Assembly (NCBI GenBank): GCA_002811645.1 | Contig: PDIP01000064.1 | Coordinates: 129,188 to 193,187 of the forward strand | Direction: 5' to 3' | Length of the DNA: 64,000 nt | Origin: Corallochytrium limacisporum Hawaii | Taxonomy: Eukaryota > Protista > Pluriformea | The notes under the pieces: generated by a model | The model's input: the letters and a program-made list of their open reading frames with translations, nothing else | Database searches by the model: none | Told to the model about the DNA's origin: nothing | Shown: positions 32,319 through 43,444 of the stretch, in pieces | How the letters are laid out: every line of letters starts with the position of its first letter | How positions within the stretch are numbered: position 1 is the first letter of the stretch | Translations under genes and position numbers: made by a program

Positions 32319-33266
32319 ATGGCAGAGCAGCTTGTTCTCCGCGGTAAGCTTACCGGCCACGAGGGTTGGGTCACCCAGATCGCCACCACCCCTGAGCGCC
32401 CTGACATGATCCTGTCCGCTTCTCGGGATAAGTCTGTTATTGTGTGGAGCCTGAGCCCTGGTGATGGCGATGGTGAGTATGGCTACCCCAAGCGCTCCCT
32501 GAAGGGACACGGACACTTCGTCTCTGATGTTGTCATCTCCCACGACGGTCAGTTCGCTTTGTCCGGTTCTTGGGATCACACCCTGCGTCTGTGGGACCTG
32601 TCTACGGGACAGACCACCCGCCGCTTCGTCGGCCACACTGGTGATGTGCTCTCCGTTGCCTTCTCCAGTGACAACCGTCAGATCGTGTCCGGCTCTCGGG
32701 ACAAGTCCATCAAGCTGTGGAACACTCTGGGTGAGTGCAAGTACACTATCACCGAGGACTGCCACAGCGAGTGGGTCAGCTGCGTGCGCTTCTCTCCCTC
32801 TACCGACACCCCCACCATCGTTAGCTGCGGCTGGGACAAGCTCGTCAAGGTGTGGAACCTCACCACCTGCAAGCTGCAGACCAACCACATTGGCCACGGT
32901 GGTTACCTCAACACTGTCACCGTATCCCCCGATGGTTCTCTGTGCGCCTCCGGTGGCAAGGACGGCCAAGCTATGCTCTGGGATCTGAACGAGGGCAAGC
33001 ATCTGTACACCCTTGATGCCGGCGAGACCATCAATGCCCTGGCCTTCTCTCCCAACCGCTACTGGCTGTGCGCCGCTGCTGGCCCTACCATCCGCATCTG
33101 GGATCTGGAGAACAAGGGCCTTGTCGACGAACTCAAGCTGGAGTCTGCCTCTAACCAGAACAACTTCGAATGCCTGTGCCTGGCTTGGTCCGCTGATGGC
33201 CAGACTCTGTTCTCTGGTTACACTGACAACATCATCCGCATCTGGCAGGTGTCCCGCACCATGTAA
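32319..33266 (+). CDS. RACK1: RACK1 (40S ribosomal WD40 protein)
   Basis: [35 protein letters not shown]; strongly biased codon usage; intronless. Confidence 0.98.
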   Translation: MAEQLVLRGKLTGHEGWVTQIATTPERPDMILSASRDKSVIVWSLSPGDGDGEYGYPKRSLKGHGHFVSDVVISHDGQFALSGSWDHTLRLWDLSTGQTTRRFVGHTGDVLSVAFSSDNRQIVSGSRDKSIKLWNTLGECKYTITEDCHSEWVSCVRFSPSTDTPTIVSCGWDKLVKVWNLTTCKLQTNHIGHGGYLNTVTVSPDGSLCASGGKDGQAMLWDLNEGKHLYTLDAGETINALAFSPNRYWLCAAAGPTIRIWDLENKGLVDELKLESASNQNNFECLCLAWSADGQTLFSGYTDNIIRIWQVSRTM

Positions 33267-33754
33267 GTTTGTTATCAACCTTACAAAACTGACATGTCTT
33301 TTAGTTTTTGCAACATCTCTTTTTTAAGCTTATCACATTTTTCCGTGTGGTGGTATGATTGTTGACCATAGTTGCAGGCAACGACTCATCCATCATCACA
33401 TGACGTAGAGACACTTCCATGTCCATGGCATTATATAAATAAACATTCTTTCATCCAGTAGAAGTATCTACCAACCAAGAATTCTCTGCCTGATGCTGTT
33501 GTGAATAGTGTGTTCCAACTCGGCGCGGAGTGCAAGACTTTGCCAGCGGGCATGTCGAGGAGCATCATTATTAGCAAGACATGATCACGCTGAAGTTGGA
33601 TACAAAAGAGAAAGTCTGTTGGTGCTTTGTGCATGCTATACGATATGTATTTGGATACTAAAAGGGCTCCAAAGTAAAGATGAGTTATACAAAGTGCAAC
33701 ATGGAGTTATATGGACATGTGAATTGACATGAGTAAGTTGTGAGCGCAACAAAC

Positions 33755-34574
33755 TTAGTCGAACAGGCCTGTATAAAAGAAATGCGATGGAAAAAATCCA
33801 GAAAAAAAATGTTAGTCATGACCATTCAAAAAAGAGAAGAACCAAATAAAACACCAGCTGGGCATCACACTAAAACAAGGGGCAACTCATGCGGCGAAAC
33901 CTGCACTTGAATCCGCAAAAACCTGACAGAATAGGCAAGGGAACATGAATATTCTCGAATGTGTGCTCACCAAACATCAGTTTGTCAGAGGTAAGAATGT
34001 CAACACGAAAATGTCAGACAAACTGTGAAAGCGCCGTTAGGCGAATTCATCCTTTGAATGATTAGCACAATCCCAGACTATTCATTTGCTTACAAAAACA
34101 TCAATACGCAAAGGCGTTGCAATGCCCAATAGCATCCACCCATGTAAGCGTTCCCATATATTCGTGTCGGCAAACAGACCAGTACAGCTTCTCGTCGTAG
34201 AGCTTCAATGCCATCCTCACCGATGCGATCCCTGCCTCATATAAAAGTGAATACCTACCGAAACCCATATCGTCATCTTCCTCTTCTTCTTCTTCCTCCT
34301 TAGCAGCCTCCTCAGCGGGGGCACCGGCATCACCACCAGCACCACCAGCAGCAGCACCACCAGCAGCAGCGGGACCAGCAGCACCAACGTTGGTCAGCAT
34401 ATCCTTAATATCCTTACCCTCCAGGGCGCGGGCGAACATGCGGGGCCAGAAAGACTCAACATCAGAGATACCGGCAGCAGCAATGATCTTGGACATCTTG
34501 TCAGCAGTGATCTCGACCTCGTCATCGGCCAGGATGAGAGCGGAGTAAACGCAAGCAAGCTCAGACTTGGACAT
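33755..34574 (-). CDS. RPLP1: 60S acidic ribosomal protein P1; join(34259..34574,33755..33768), 109 aa
   Basis: [29 protein letters not shown], Ala/Gly hinge. EEDDDMGF-G|LFD* is completed by a 14-nt terminal exon, GCCTGTTCGACTAA. Confidence 0.96.
33769..34258 (-). other. Spliceosomal intron of RPLP1 (490 nt, phase 1)
   Basis: G|GTAGGT donor, TGACTAAC branch site at 33818-33811, long T-rich tract, TACAG acceptor. Confidence 0.95.
33957..34105 (-). ncRNA. Candidate intronic box H/ACA snoRNA
   Basis: H box AAAGGA (34055-34050) directly precedes a long hairpin with lower stem TTCGCC/GGTGAG and a 9-bp upper stem CAGTTTGTC/GACAAACTG. ACA (33962-33960) lies 15 nt after the upper stem. A weaker 5' hairpin is also present. 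Total ~150 nt, folded by eye. Confidence 0.6.
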
Positions 34575-36561
34575 TTTTATCGTGTGATGGTAAGTCAATA
34601 TTTAACCCGATGGGAACTAACCAACTTAATTTTTCAGTTCGATTCGAACAGTCCTAAACACCTTTGTGATCTTATAGCTTTGCGATGGTCAATCATACAG
34701 TACTATTATAATGTCCAATAATTGTTATATTAGTGGTTTGGTTTCGATCCTATAGACATGCGCTGAGGGCTGCCAATAGCAATATTGAACCTACTACGTT
34801 GACCTTGTCAAGCCTTAGCTCTCCTGTGCTTGACCATAGACTGACTACCGCCTCGGCTAGGCCAGCCTGCGGACACAAGTCACCGGCGACCAATAGTTTC
34901 ACTATGAGACGGGATTTCAAGGATTCCAAATGTCACTTATTCACTACTCAGTTAGAAACGAGACCTTGTCAGTTCATTGACTATGGGGAAGGGACTTCTA
35001 CCTACTGAGAAATTCACCATTTTCCCCGACACCACCCGGTTGGACTTTGTGTGTGAAATTTTTTTCTCCTTGGATCCCCTTCCCCTCCACCCCAAATTTG
35101 TGTGTGCTTTTGCTTGGGGTTGGTGGAGGCACTTCTCTTCATTGACTAATTAGGTTATCAGTTATTAAGGCCTGAGAAATTCTTGGTCCCTGGCTGGGAA
35201 CAACAGCGCCAGTGTAACCAAACAAAAAAAAAAGAAAGGTGAATTAAATTGGGTGGGGTGCGCAAAAGCACAGGAGGACCAAGAAAAACAAAAACAAAAT
35301 TTGCCAAGGGGAAACAAAGGGGCCAAAAAAAACAGAAAGGAAAAAGAAAAAGGAAAAAGCAACACTGGCCCCAAGGGAAACGGGAACCAACCACACAGCC
35401 GCCTTCCCTCCCTTCAGCCCCCCCCCCCTCCAAACCCTTGAAAGACCCCCCTCCCGGTTTTTTCTTGTTGGTGTTGCACTGACTCATGCACTGACTCTTG
35501 TGTGCTTAAGGTAGGTTGGTGTACAGGCGGCACCGCTCGGCACCGAAGCACAAGCGACGGAGAGCAGCCAAGAGGGAAGGGGGGAGGGGAAGATCACAAC
35601 GGAAACAAAAAGGAGAAGAAAGAATGGGGAACATGGCCCTTTTGTCCTCGGTTAGAAATCGGAGACCCGCACCGACAATTTCCCTCCCCCCCCCTTCGGG
35701 GGGAGTGCCAAGGCAGGGAAGGAGAAGAAGGGGGGGGGGAGCGCAGCTGAAAGGCAAAACAAAAAAATTAAAAGAGGGTAGTCGTGCCTGGGTATCGAGG
35801 AACCCCAAATCTCAAAGAAATTTACATATATACAAAAACAATGGAGGCCTAAGCTGGTGTGGACTATCCGCAAAGCCCCATTCATTCAGTACCACAGGGT
35901 TCTGGCTTTTTGCATTGGCTATTGTCCTGCTTTTGCTTTTTCTCTCCGGTCCGTTGAGATCCGGTTATGCTGGGGTGGCCTTAAAAGACCGGTGCGCGGA
36001 GAACCCTGCTGTGTACTGTTGGCCTTAGTTGCTTTGGTCCTGGTTGCTTGTTGTTATTGAGCCAAGTAAAGTAAAGGCAATTGACCGCCGCCATGGGCAT
36101 GGCAGTGGACTAGGAGTTAGCCCAAGATCGAATGTTGGGACTGAAACCTGGGTGTCAAATCAGTAAATAGTTTGATGATGACACACACTCCTTCAGGCCA
36201 CAACGGCACGACAGACTCGACAGTACTTTGTATACTGCGTGCGGTTCGGCATAAAAAGGAAACAGTGCGCTTGTGTTGGTGTTGCCTTTAGATGCGGTGT
36301 CGTTGCAACCCGTGACCCTGCAGACCCGCGGCAGGATACATGGCCAACCCAAGGCAAAGGACAGCGTAGGGTATTACCAAATTCATCAAGGTTTGTTTAT
36401 GACAAATACAGGTATTCGAGGATCTCATAATTGTAACGAACACACATAAACACGTCTCGCTAAGGTGAAAACGAAGGTATTTGTTTCTGTTGGGAGACAG
36501 CGGGATCAATATCACAAAGAACGGCCTTCTTACACTCTTGATCATTAGAAATATATAAAAG

Positions 36562-38022
36562 ATGGCTGAAGTTGCAGAAAAATTCAGTGCTATGAGCACT
36601 GACTACCAGGTCAACCCCAAGTTGGTGTATCGCACAGTCAACGCCGTCAACGGTCCCTTGGTCATCTTGCACAACGTTAAGTTTGCGCGTTTCTCAGAGA
36701 TTGTTACGCTCAATCTTCCAGACGGCACTCGCCGTCAGGGTCAAGTGCTGGAAATCCAGGGCGATAAGTGTATTGTGCAGGTTTTCGAGGGCACTTCCGG
36801 TATTGATGCGAAGGTAACCAATGTGGAATTCAGTGGTGATGTGCTACGTATGCCCGTCTCTACCGACATGCTTGGTCGTATTTTTAACGGTTCCGGTAAG
36901 CCCATCGATGATGGCCCCGCTGTGGTTGCTGAGGACTACATTGACATTAACGGTATGCCCATGAACCCCTACCGTCGTGACTATCCGAAGCAGATGATTC
37001 AGACCGGTATCTCCACCATTGATGTCATGAACAGTGTCGCCCGTGGCCAGAAGATTCCTCTCTTCTCTGGTTCGGGTCTGCCCCACAACGACATTGCTGC
37101 CCAGATCTGCCGCCAAGCCGGTCTGGTCGACCTTTCGAAGGTGGAGGGTGCTGATTCTAGCTCTCAGATTCAAGAGTCCTTTGCCCTGGTCTTCGGTGCT
37201 ATGGGTGTGAACATGGAGACTGCCCGCTTTTTCAAGCAGGACTTCGAAGAGAATGGTAGTATGGAGCGCACAACCCTGTTCTTGAACATGGCCAATGATC
37301 CTACCATTGAGCGTGTCGTCACTCCTCGCATGACCCTCACTCTGGCTGAGTTCCTGGCCTACCAGTGCAACAAGCACGTCCTGGTCCTGCTGACCGATAT
37401 GACCTCATACGCCATGGCCTTGCGTGAGATTTCTGCTGCTCGTGAGGAGGTGCCCGGTCGTCGTGGTTTCCCCGGTTATATGTACACCGATTTGGCCACT
37501 CTGTACGAGCGTGCTGGACGTGTGGTCGGTCGCAAGGGTTCCATTACGCAGATTCCCATTGTGTCCATGCCCAACGATGATCTCACTCATCCCATTCCAG
37601 ATTTGACCGGATACATTACCGAGGGTCAGATTTACGTTGACCGCCAGCTCCACAACAAGCAGATCTACCCTCCCATCAATGTGCTGCCTTCCCTGTCTCG
37701 TCTTATGAAGTCCGCCATTGGTAAGGGCATGACTCGTGATGACCACTCTGCTGTGTCCAACCAGCTGTACGCCAACTACGCCATCGGAAAGGATGTGGCT
37801 GCAATGAAGTCCGTTGTCGGTGAGGAGGCTCTTAGCGAGGAGGACCATCTGTACTTGGAATTCATGGAGAAGTTTGAAAAGACCTTCGTGCAGCAGGGAT
37901 ACTACGAGAACCGCACGGTCTTTGATTCCATCGACCTTGCATGGACACTGCTGCGAATCTTCCCCCGCGAGCTGCTTAAGAAGATTCCCAAGAAGACCTT
38001 GGATGTATACTACAACAGGTAA
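36562..38022 (+). CDS. ATP6V1B: V-type H+-ATPase subunit B
   Basis: [69 protein letters not shown]. Confidence 0.98.
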   Translation: MAEVAEKFSAMSTDYQVNPKLVYRTVNAVNGPLVILHNVKFARFSEIVTLNLPDGTRRQGQVLEIQGDKCIVQVFEGTSGIDAKVTNVEFSGDVLRMPVSTDMLGRIFNGSGKPIDDGPAVVAEDYIDINGMPMNPYRRDYPKQMIQTGISTIDVMNSVARGQKIPLFSGSGLPHNDIAAQICRQAGLVDLSKVEGADSSSQIQESFALVFGAMGVNMETARFFKQDFEENGSMERTTLFLNMANDPTIERVVTPRMTLTLAEFLAYQCNKHVLVLLTDMTSYAMALREISAAREEVPGRRGFPGYMYTDLATLYERAGRVVGRKGSITQIPIVSMPNDDLTHPIPDLTGYITEGQIYVDRQLHNKQIYPPINVLPSLSRLMKSAIGKGMTRDDHSAVSNQLYANYAIGKDVAAMKSVVGEEALSEEDHLYLEFMEKFEKTFVQQGYYENRTVFDSIDLAWTLLRIFPRELLKKIPKKTLDVYYNR

Positions 38023-38388
38023 TTCAATTTCTGTCAGAAAAGAAAACATAGTACGTGTCGGGCAACCACAGCTTGCACAACGGACACAATGCACGAACAT
38101 AGTCTCAATCCTCGAATGATAGTATCTGCATGTTCTGGAAATGCTTGTTTCATTCAAGTCAACATCACTATACGCGAGACCTCTGTACAATCGCAGAGAA
38201 ATCGGAAGACCAAAAATACATCACACTTCATTGTACAATTGAAAACGATGCGACACATCGGCATGGTCACAGACATTCTTGATAATGGCAATTATGAGTC
38301 TATTTCCTTACCTTAATAATGGCACATTGCTACAAGTTTCTTGTTTGTTAGTCAAAGGAATCATTTGCAGAATGGAGTCAAGGGTGTC

Positions 38389-39147
38389 TTAATCGCGGCG
38401 CAGCTTCAGGGTCTCGCTGGTAATACCATCCTTGTCAATGATCTTCAGCTCGACAGCGTCACCGGTGTAAATGTCACGCTCCGCGGCACTAGCGAACACA
38501 TCTTTGACAAGTTTGACGGCCTTTTCCCGGGTGAGAGGCTCCTTCTTTGCACCTTCCATGTTCTTGTAGCCGAGTTGGTTGTCAAGCAGTGGCTGGATCA
38601 GAGCGCTAGCACTGCCTCCACTGCGATAGAACTCACGCTCGTAGCTACCGACAGGGTCATACGAGTAAACAGCTCCCTTGCCTTCCTCGTCCAGACCAGC
38701 CAGAATGTTGTAGACATAATATGGGAAGAAACGGCGGTAGTACAGGGTGTTCGAAAGCATCTGTGCCAGTGCCTGTGTGCTCATTTCCCGGTAGTGATCG
38801 TTGCGGTACATTTCAAGGCGGGTGCGGAGTGTCTTTGTAAGTGTCAGAATGTCTCCGTGGAATCCTGCACATCCCAGAACGCTTTTGGGGCCCATAATGT
38901 GCGTCTTGGGCTGGTCTCTGCTCATGATTTCGTATCCGACACTGAGGCGAGTGTCACCAGCTACAACAGCAAAATCTTCACCGGCAACAGCCAATACGGT
39001 ACCACCGTTCATGGCATAAGGGTTGAACTGACGCTGCACGGGTCCATAGCCGTCTTCAGATATAGGCGCAGGATGATCGCGAGCGGCAGAATGCTGCATG
39101 TGCGCTCCGCCGAAAGCGTACTGCATATTTGCTGGCAATGAAGTCAT
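38389..39147 (-). CDS. PSMB1: 20S proteasome subunit beta-6 (PSMB1/Pre7)
   Basis: [41 protein letters not shown]-terminal LRRD. First ATG at 39147. Confidence 0.97.
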   Translation of the reverse strand: MTSLPANMQYAFGGAHMQHSAARDHPAPISEDGYGPVQRQFNPYAMNGGTVLAVAGEDFAVVAGDTRLSVGYEIMSRDQPKTHIMGPKSVLGCAGFHGDILTLTKTLRTRLEMYRNDHYREMSTQALAQMLSNTLYYRRFFPYYVYNILAGLDEEGKGAVYSYDPVGSYEREFYRSGGSASALIQPLLDNQLGYKNMEGAKKEPLTREKAVKLVKDVFASAAERDIYTGDAVELKIIDKDGITSETLKLRRD

Positions 39148-41266
39148 GGTCACTTAGTTTTCTGTGCTAACCACTAGATTTGGTTCTCAAGTGATGGCTC
39201 TCGCTTGACCTAACTGAACCCGGGAGAAGGACGCAAAGGTAGTTATTCAAATTCCCGACAGATTCTTGTGCATTGTGTTCCATAACAACCCGAATGTTAG
39301 TTCGCTTGAAACACCTTCATAGCTTTACGGCTTTATTATACTCCCCCGAAGAATGACTAAAAAAACATTTGTTCCAGATGCGTCGTCGGCCATGCATCAA
39401 GCGCAGTCAGGTTTGGAAGATGGAAGCGGAGGAATCGCAAAGCCAACGGCAGAAGCCGAAATGAGCCATCAACTGGAAAATGACTCCACACTGGCTGCCG
39501 TTTGGGCGCGCGGAGGTCCAGCCAGTTCCAGGGGAGGGGCCATAAAAGCAAAGAGAAGCGCCTCACTGCGGGAAGACGGAACCACAGTGAGAAGGCGGAA
39601 AAGAGTCCGAACACTTTCCCCTTCGCCGGTCTCTCTCCCCGTGGCGTTCTCGGGGTTTACTACTCATTTAGTACCGTCGAGTTTGGCTGTTTTGCCTTTT
39701 TGCCTGACACCTTCTGGACTTTACTTTCTGCTCCTCCAGGGGAAGTCTTTGATTGTTTCGCGACTCCACAACACCCCCCCCCCCTTTTCTTTTTCCCTGG
39801 GGAGTGTATAGTACGGTACTTTCACTACTGAAGGTATTTTAAACAATTACCGTATATCTTAAACCGTGACGTGTATGGAGCGATTCTTCATATGTATTAA
39901 ATTTATAGATTTGTGTCGATTGTGATTGGATTTATATTGAAGAGGGGGCCTGGAAAACATGGCCCTGCTAAAGGTCCCCCCCCCCCTTGGGTTCGAAGTG
40001 CGCTTCCTTCTCATTTCCCACATTTTTACATACCGGAGAAGGTGCGGAGACATACTTGTCATTAAAGAAAGCTACGCCGCTTGCCGATGTCGTGTTTTGT
40101 CTTTGCACAGATCGCAATACCTGTAGGAAGACAGTGCGATAACCAAAAGGAGGAGTCTAACAACGTAGCACGGTTGTGCGATGTCCCCAAAAAAAGACAT
40201 TTGGAGCAAGAAACAGCACACAGACGACGGGGGCGATTGCGAAGACCCATGCCACAAGTACCATGGCAGGGTTAATGTTTGCAAGGCGTGTATGTGCCCT
40301 TGAGTATTCTTCAGTGTATGTTGACGAGTGCGTGCTGTTGTACACTCCCAACTGTCCTCCCATCCTTTGTCGTAGCGCTCCCTGTCGAGTTGCCCGTTCC
40401 TTATCTCAATGACAGAGAGGAGACACTGGAAGTCACAGCCCGAAAAACAGGGAAGGAAACTTTCGTTGTTCTCCGTGTTCAACCGTGGCGGTCCATGCTA
40501 GAACTGCCACGGGTAGGAGCGAAACGAGCGTTTGTAAATTACGACAGAGCGCCAGCCCTAGGAAGCAAAAGTCGCAATATCTGATTACTCAGCACAATGT
40601 CCAGCACTGGTAATCAATCTTGGGAGAAGGTTGGTGGGGAGGCGCCCCCCCCCGGGGGGGGGGAGCTGTTGGTTACTGTTGGCACAACGCTTACCACCGA
40701 AGAACGTTCCAAATGATTCCCTACATGAGGCGTCATGTGCGACATGCGACTAGGAAGGCCCCTTTCATCGCAACGAAATATCCTCTCGCTGCCAGGGCAG
40801 TGGACACACTATGGTGTCTCGGTCTTCTCTGTCCGATCACTTTCGTGAAGAGCAGGCATTCACATGTCTGTTCCCGTGGCTTTGAATGTGTAGCCACAGA
40901 CCTGTGTCGACGCTCACTTGTAGCCGCCAACAATGATTGCGCACTCAACATCAATACATTCAATACGGTTTTCATGACATTAAAAAGTCTGTTTATAGTG
41001 GTAATCGATAAATTTTTCGGACAACCAACAGTTTTGAAAGTTAAATGAGAGAAGGGGAGGGGGGGAAATATGTCAATGTCTATCGGGGGCTCTTAGTTCA
41101 AAAATGACCCTGTGGGTAGTGGGGCACTAGCCACAACTGGTTGTGATTGAATGAAAGTTCCACAGGGCCAACCCAGGATGGCTTTGGCATGCTTGAAAAA
41201 AAATGTGTGTGTGTGCGTTTCGTTTGGACTAGTGCGCATCGAAACGTTGTGTGTGTGTGTGTGAAA

Positions 41267-42535
41267 TTAGAAATGGTCGCCCTCGCTCAGGAAGCGCTTG
41301 CGACCTCTCAGATGAGCTCTGAAGTGCTGAGGAAGATATTCGTTTTGGATGCCAGTTTCGACCAGGCGATCCAGATCAGTTTTCGCGTTGGGAAGATCCA
41401 AAGTCAAGTCTGACAGGTCATGCTTCACGCGCTCGAAACCAGTTCGCATCTGGGTCGCAGTGACAAGACCAGATTGATAGAAGCAAGAGAAGAGCCTCAG
41501 CATGCGAGAGGCAGTCTCGTTGCCGTTGTCTTGGTTGGAGCCACCCAGGGCCTCCAAGGCAATCACAATGCCCTCATACACCACTTCGTGATGGAAATGA
41601 GGCACATCGAGATCACGCAAGCAGTTCTCAGCCTCCTTGAGATCTTCGGAAATCAGGAACTCCTTGAGCATCATGATCACCTGGCGTGTCAGCTTCTTTA
41701 CACTGCTGCGGCCACCACCATCACCCCAGATGTGCTCCAGACGGCTTAGGGAGTGACGCATATTCAGCAGAGCGCAAGCTTGACGCAGGACTTCCTTGGC
41801 GAGATCACTGTCTTCAGACTTATGCTTCTTCACGTAGCGAGGAGGCAGACAGTCGTCACCGACAGCACGGGCCATGAACTTGGCGACCAGAGAAGGGGCC
41901 TGAGGAGCATCAATGGTGATGTCGTCAATGCAGTTGAGAAGCTGGTCAAATGCTGCCTCAATGTGGCCTTGGGAAACAGCCACATCCAACATGTCGCTGA
42001 GCAAGCGTGAAATTAATTCTCGCTCGGCATTGTGGCGATCAATCGCCATGATGATTGCATGCACCAAGACAGCGCTCTTGGCGTGTTCGTTGTTCAGGTT
42101 GCGCACGAAATGTGCAACCTCTTGAGTATCAGAGTTCTCAAAATACTCGGCGATGTAAGGTTCAGACGCTTCGACCATGTCATCGAGGGAAATCTCCGGC
42201 TCAGTGACCTGATATTCGACGCTGTCGTCATCTTCATCCTCGTAGTTGGGATCCTTGATGTCGACAATGTCCTCGAATTCCAGTTCAGTGCCAGGTTGAC
42301 CCCATACCGTCTTGCCACCAGCACCGCCCTTTTTGGGGCCACCGGGCATTTCTCCGACATGCTTCATGGGCTTCACCACCTTCATTGGCAGAGAGGCCCT
42401 CTTCCTGGGTGAACCAACGCTGACGTTGGACCCGTAGGAACCGACGATGGAACCATTGTTCGTGCTACTTTGGCTACCAGACCGATAAAGAGGGGCTGGC
42501 ATAGCCATGGGTTCGGATTGGTTCACTTGGTACAT
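41267..42535 (-). CDS. PDCD4: Programmed cell death 4 (tandem MA3 eIF4A inhibitor)
   Basis: PKKGGAGGKTVWG, DPNYED, two MA3 domains (FMARAVGDDCLPP; LDVPHFHHEVVYE), C-terminal RGRKRFLSEGD. Confidence 0.96.
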   Translation of the reverse strand: MYQVNQSEPMAMPAPLYRSGSQSSTNNGSIVGSYGSNVSVGSPRKRASLPMKVVKPMKHVGEMPGGPKKGGAGGKTVWGQPGTELEFEDIVDIKDPNYEDEDDDSVEYQVTEPEISLDDMVEASEPYIAEYFENSDTQEVAHFVRNLNNEHAKSAVLVHAIIMAIDRHNAERELISRLLSDMLDVAVSQGHIEAAFDQLLNCIDDITIDAPQAPSLVAKFMARAVGDDCLPPRYVKKHKSEDSDLAKEVLRQACALLNMRHSLSRLEHIWGDGGGRSSVKKLTRQVIMMLKEFLISEDLKEAENCLRDLDVPHFHHEVVYEGIVIALEALGGSNQDNGNETASRMLRLFSCFYQSGLVTATQMRTGFERVKHDLSDLTLDLPNAKTDLDRLVETGIQNEYLPQHFRAHLRGRKRFLSEGDHF

Positions 42536-43250
42536 TGCGATTGAGGTCGGGTGAAATACCGGGGCTTGTTAACGGGATTATGTTTGCTAGAATATGGTTG
42601 TGGTGTTTGCTTACAAAGTGAAGGCCGGCTTCAGTGTAGAGAAGCAAGGTTGAGTGTGGTTATGTTTTTTTGGTTTTTGGGAATGTAAAGGTTTTTGATA
42701 GTTCGCCAGGGACAAATAGAGTTCGTCTATTCGTCACTGCCAAACGATTGGTTGTCTTATGCTATAGCAAAAAGGGGAATTGGTTGGAAGAATGCTAAAA
42801 CTTCGCGGACACGAGAGGGCTTGTTAAAGCACAAGAGGACTTGAACAAGCTCGCTTGATTCCTTGAATGAGCTTACTGTAAGTACTATTTCTTGACGACT
42901 CAAACACGGAAACGCGAAACTAACATAAGAGAAGAATATCTCCATGGGATTCTTCAGTGCACAGGGGTTGGTTGAACCTTACAGCGGCTCCATAAATACC
43001 CTGATCGCCAAGCCAATGGAAAGAAGAGCGTCCAACACCAAGGTCTATCGTTTGGCACGAAACATGAAGACTCCAGAGAAAAATTCTCAGACTTTCGAAA
43101 GCAGCAACAAAAACGCTGGTTCGTGTGATGTGCGATCAAAATGACCCTTTCGCGCTCTGTGCACTCAAGACCGCTTATGCGATCTTGGAAGCAAAGGTAA
43201 ACGGACAGGTCAGCGAGAAAGGCAGTAGCCTCTCCCTCCCTACCTCCCCC

Positions 43251-43444
43251 NNNNNNNNNNNNNNNNNNNNNNNNNNNNNNNNNNNNNNNNNNNNNNNNNN
43301 NNNNNNNNNNNNNNNNNNNNNNNNNNNNNNNNNNNNNNNNNNNNNNNNNNNNNNNNNNNNNNNNNNNNNNNNNNNNNNNNNNNNNNNNNNNNNNNNNNNN
43401 NNNNNNNNNNNNNNNNNNNNNNNNNNNNNNNNNNNNNNNNNNNN
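43251..43444. other. Assembly gap
   Basis: Run of N between C-rich and G-rich flanks. Confidence 1.

Noticed and set aside
32229-33278. Long antisense ORFs over RACK1 (also over V-ATPase B, PSMB1 and the SDR)
   Set aside because: These are shadows of strong codon bias in the true genes.
33263-33328. Perfect GTAAGT donor overlapping the RACK1 stop, with ACTGAC downstream
   Set aside because: The unspliced end (WQVSRTM*) is normal for RACK1, and both nearby acceptors give unnatural extensions.
34101-34258. ORF-track C-terminal extension of RPLP1 (RYSLLYEAG...)
   Set aside because: It is intron read-through; the true end LFD* is at 33755-33768.
32113-34950. TTCACTA motif in both ribosomal-protein promoters
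   Set aside because: The 7-mer occurs at many unrelated positions in the window, at about chance frequency.
38019-38392. AG|GTAATT at the V-ATPase B stop as another terminal intron
   Set aside because: There is no good plus-strand branch site, and the conserved part of the protein is already complete; it cannot be supported without RNA data.
39353-39811. 152-aa ORF divergent from PSMB1
   Set aside because: No recognisable domain, and it runs into homopolymer-rich intergenic sequence; insufficient evidence.
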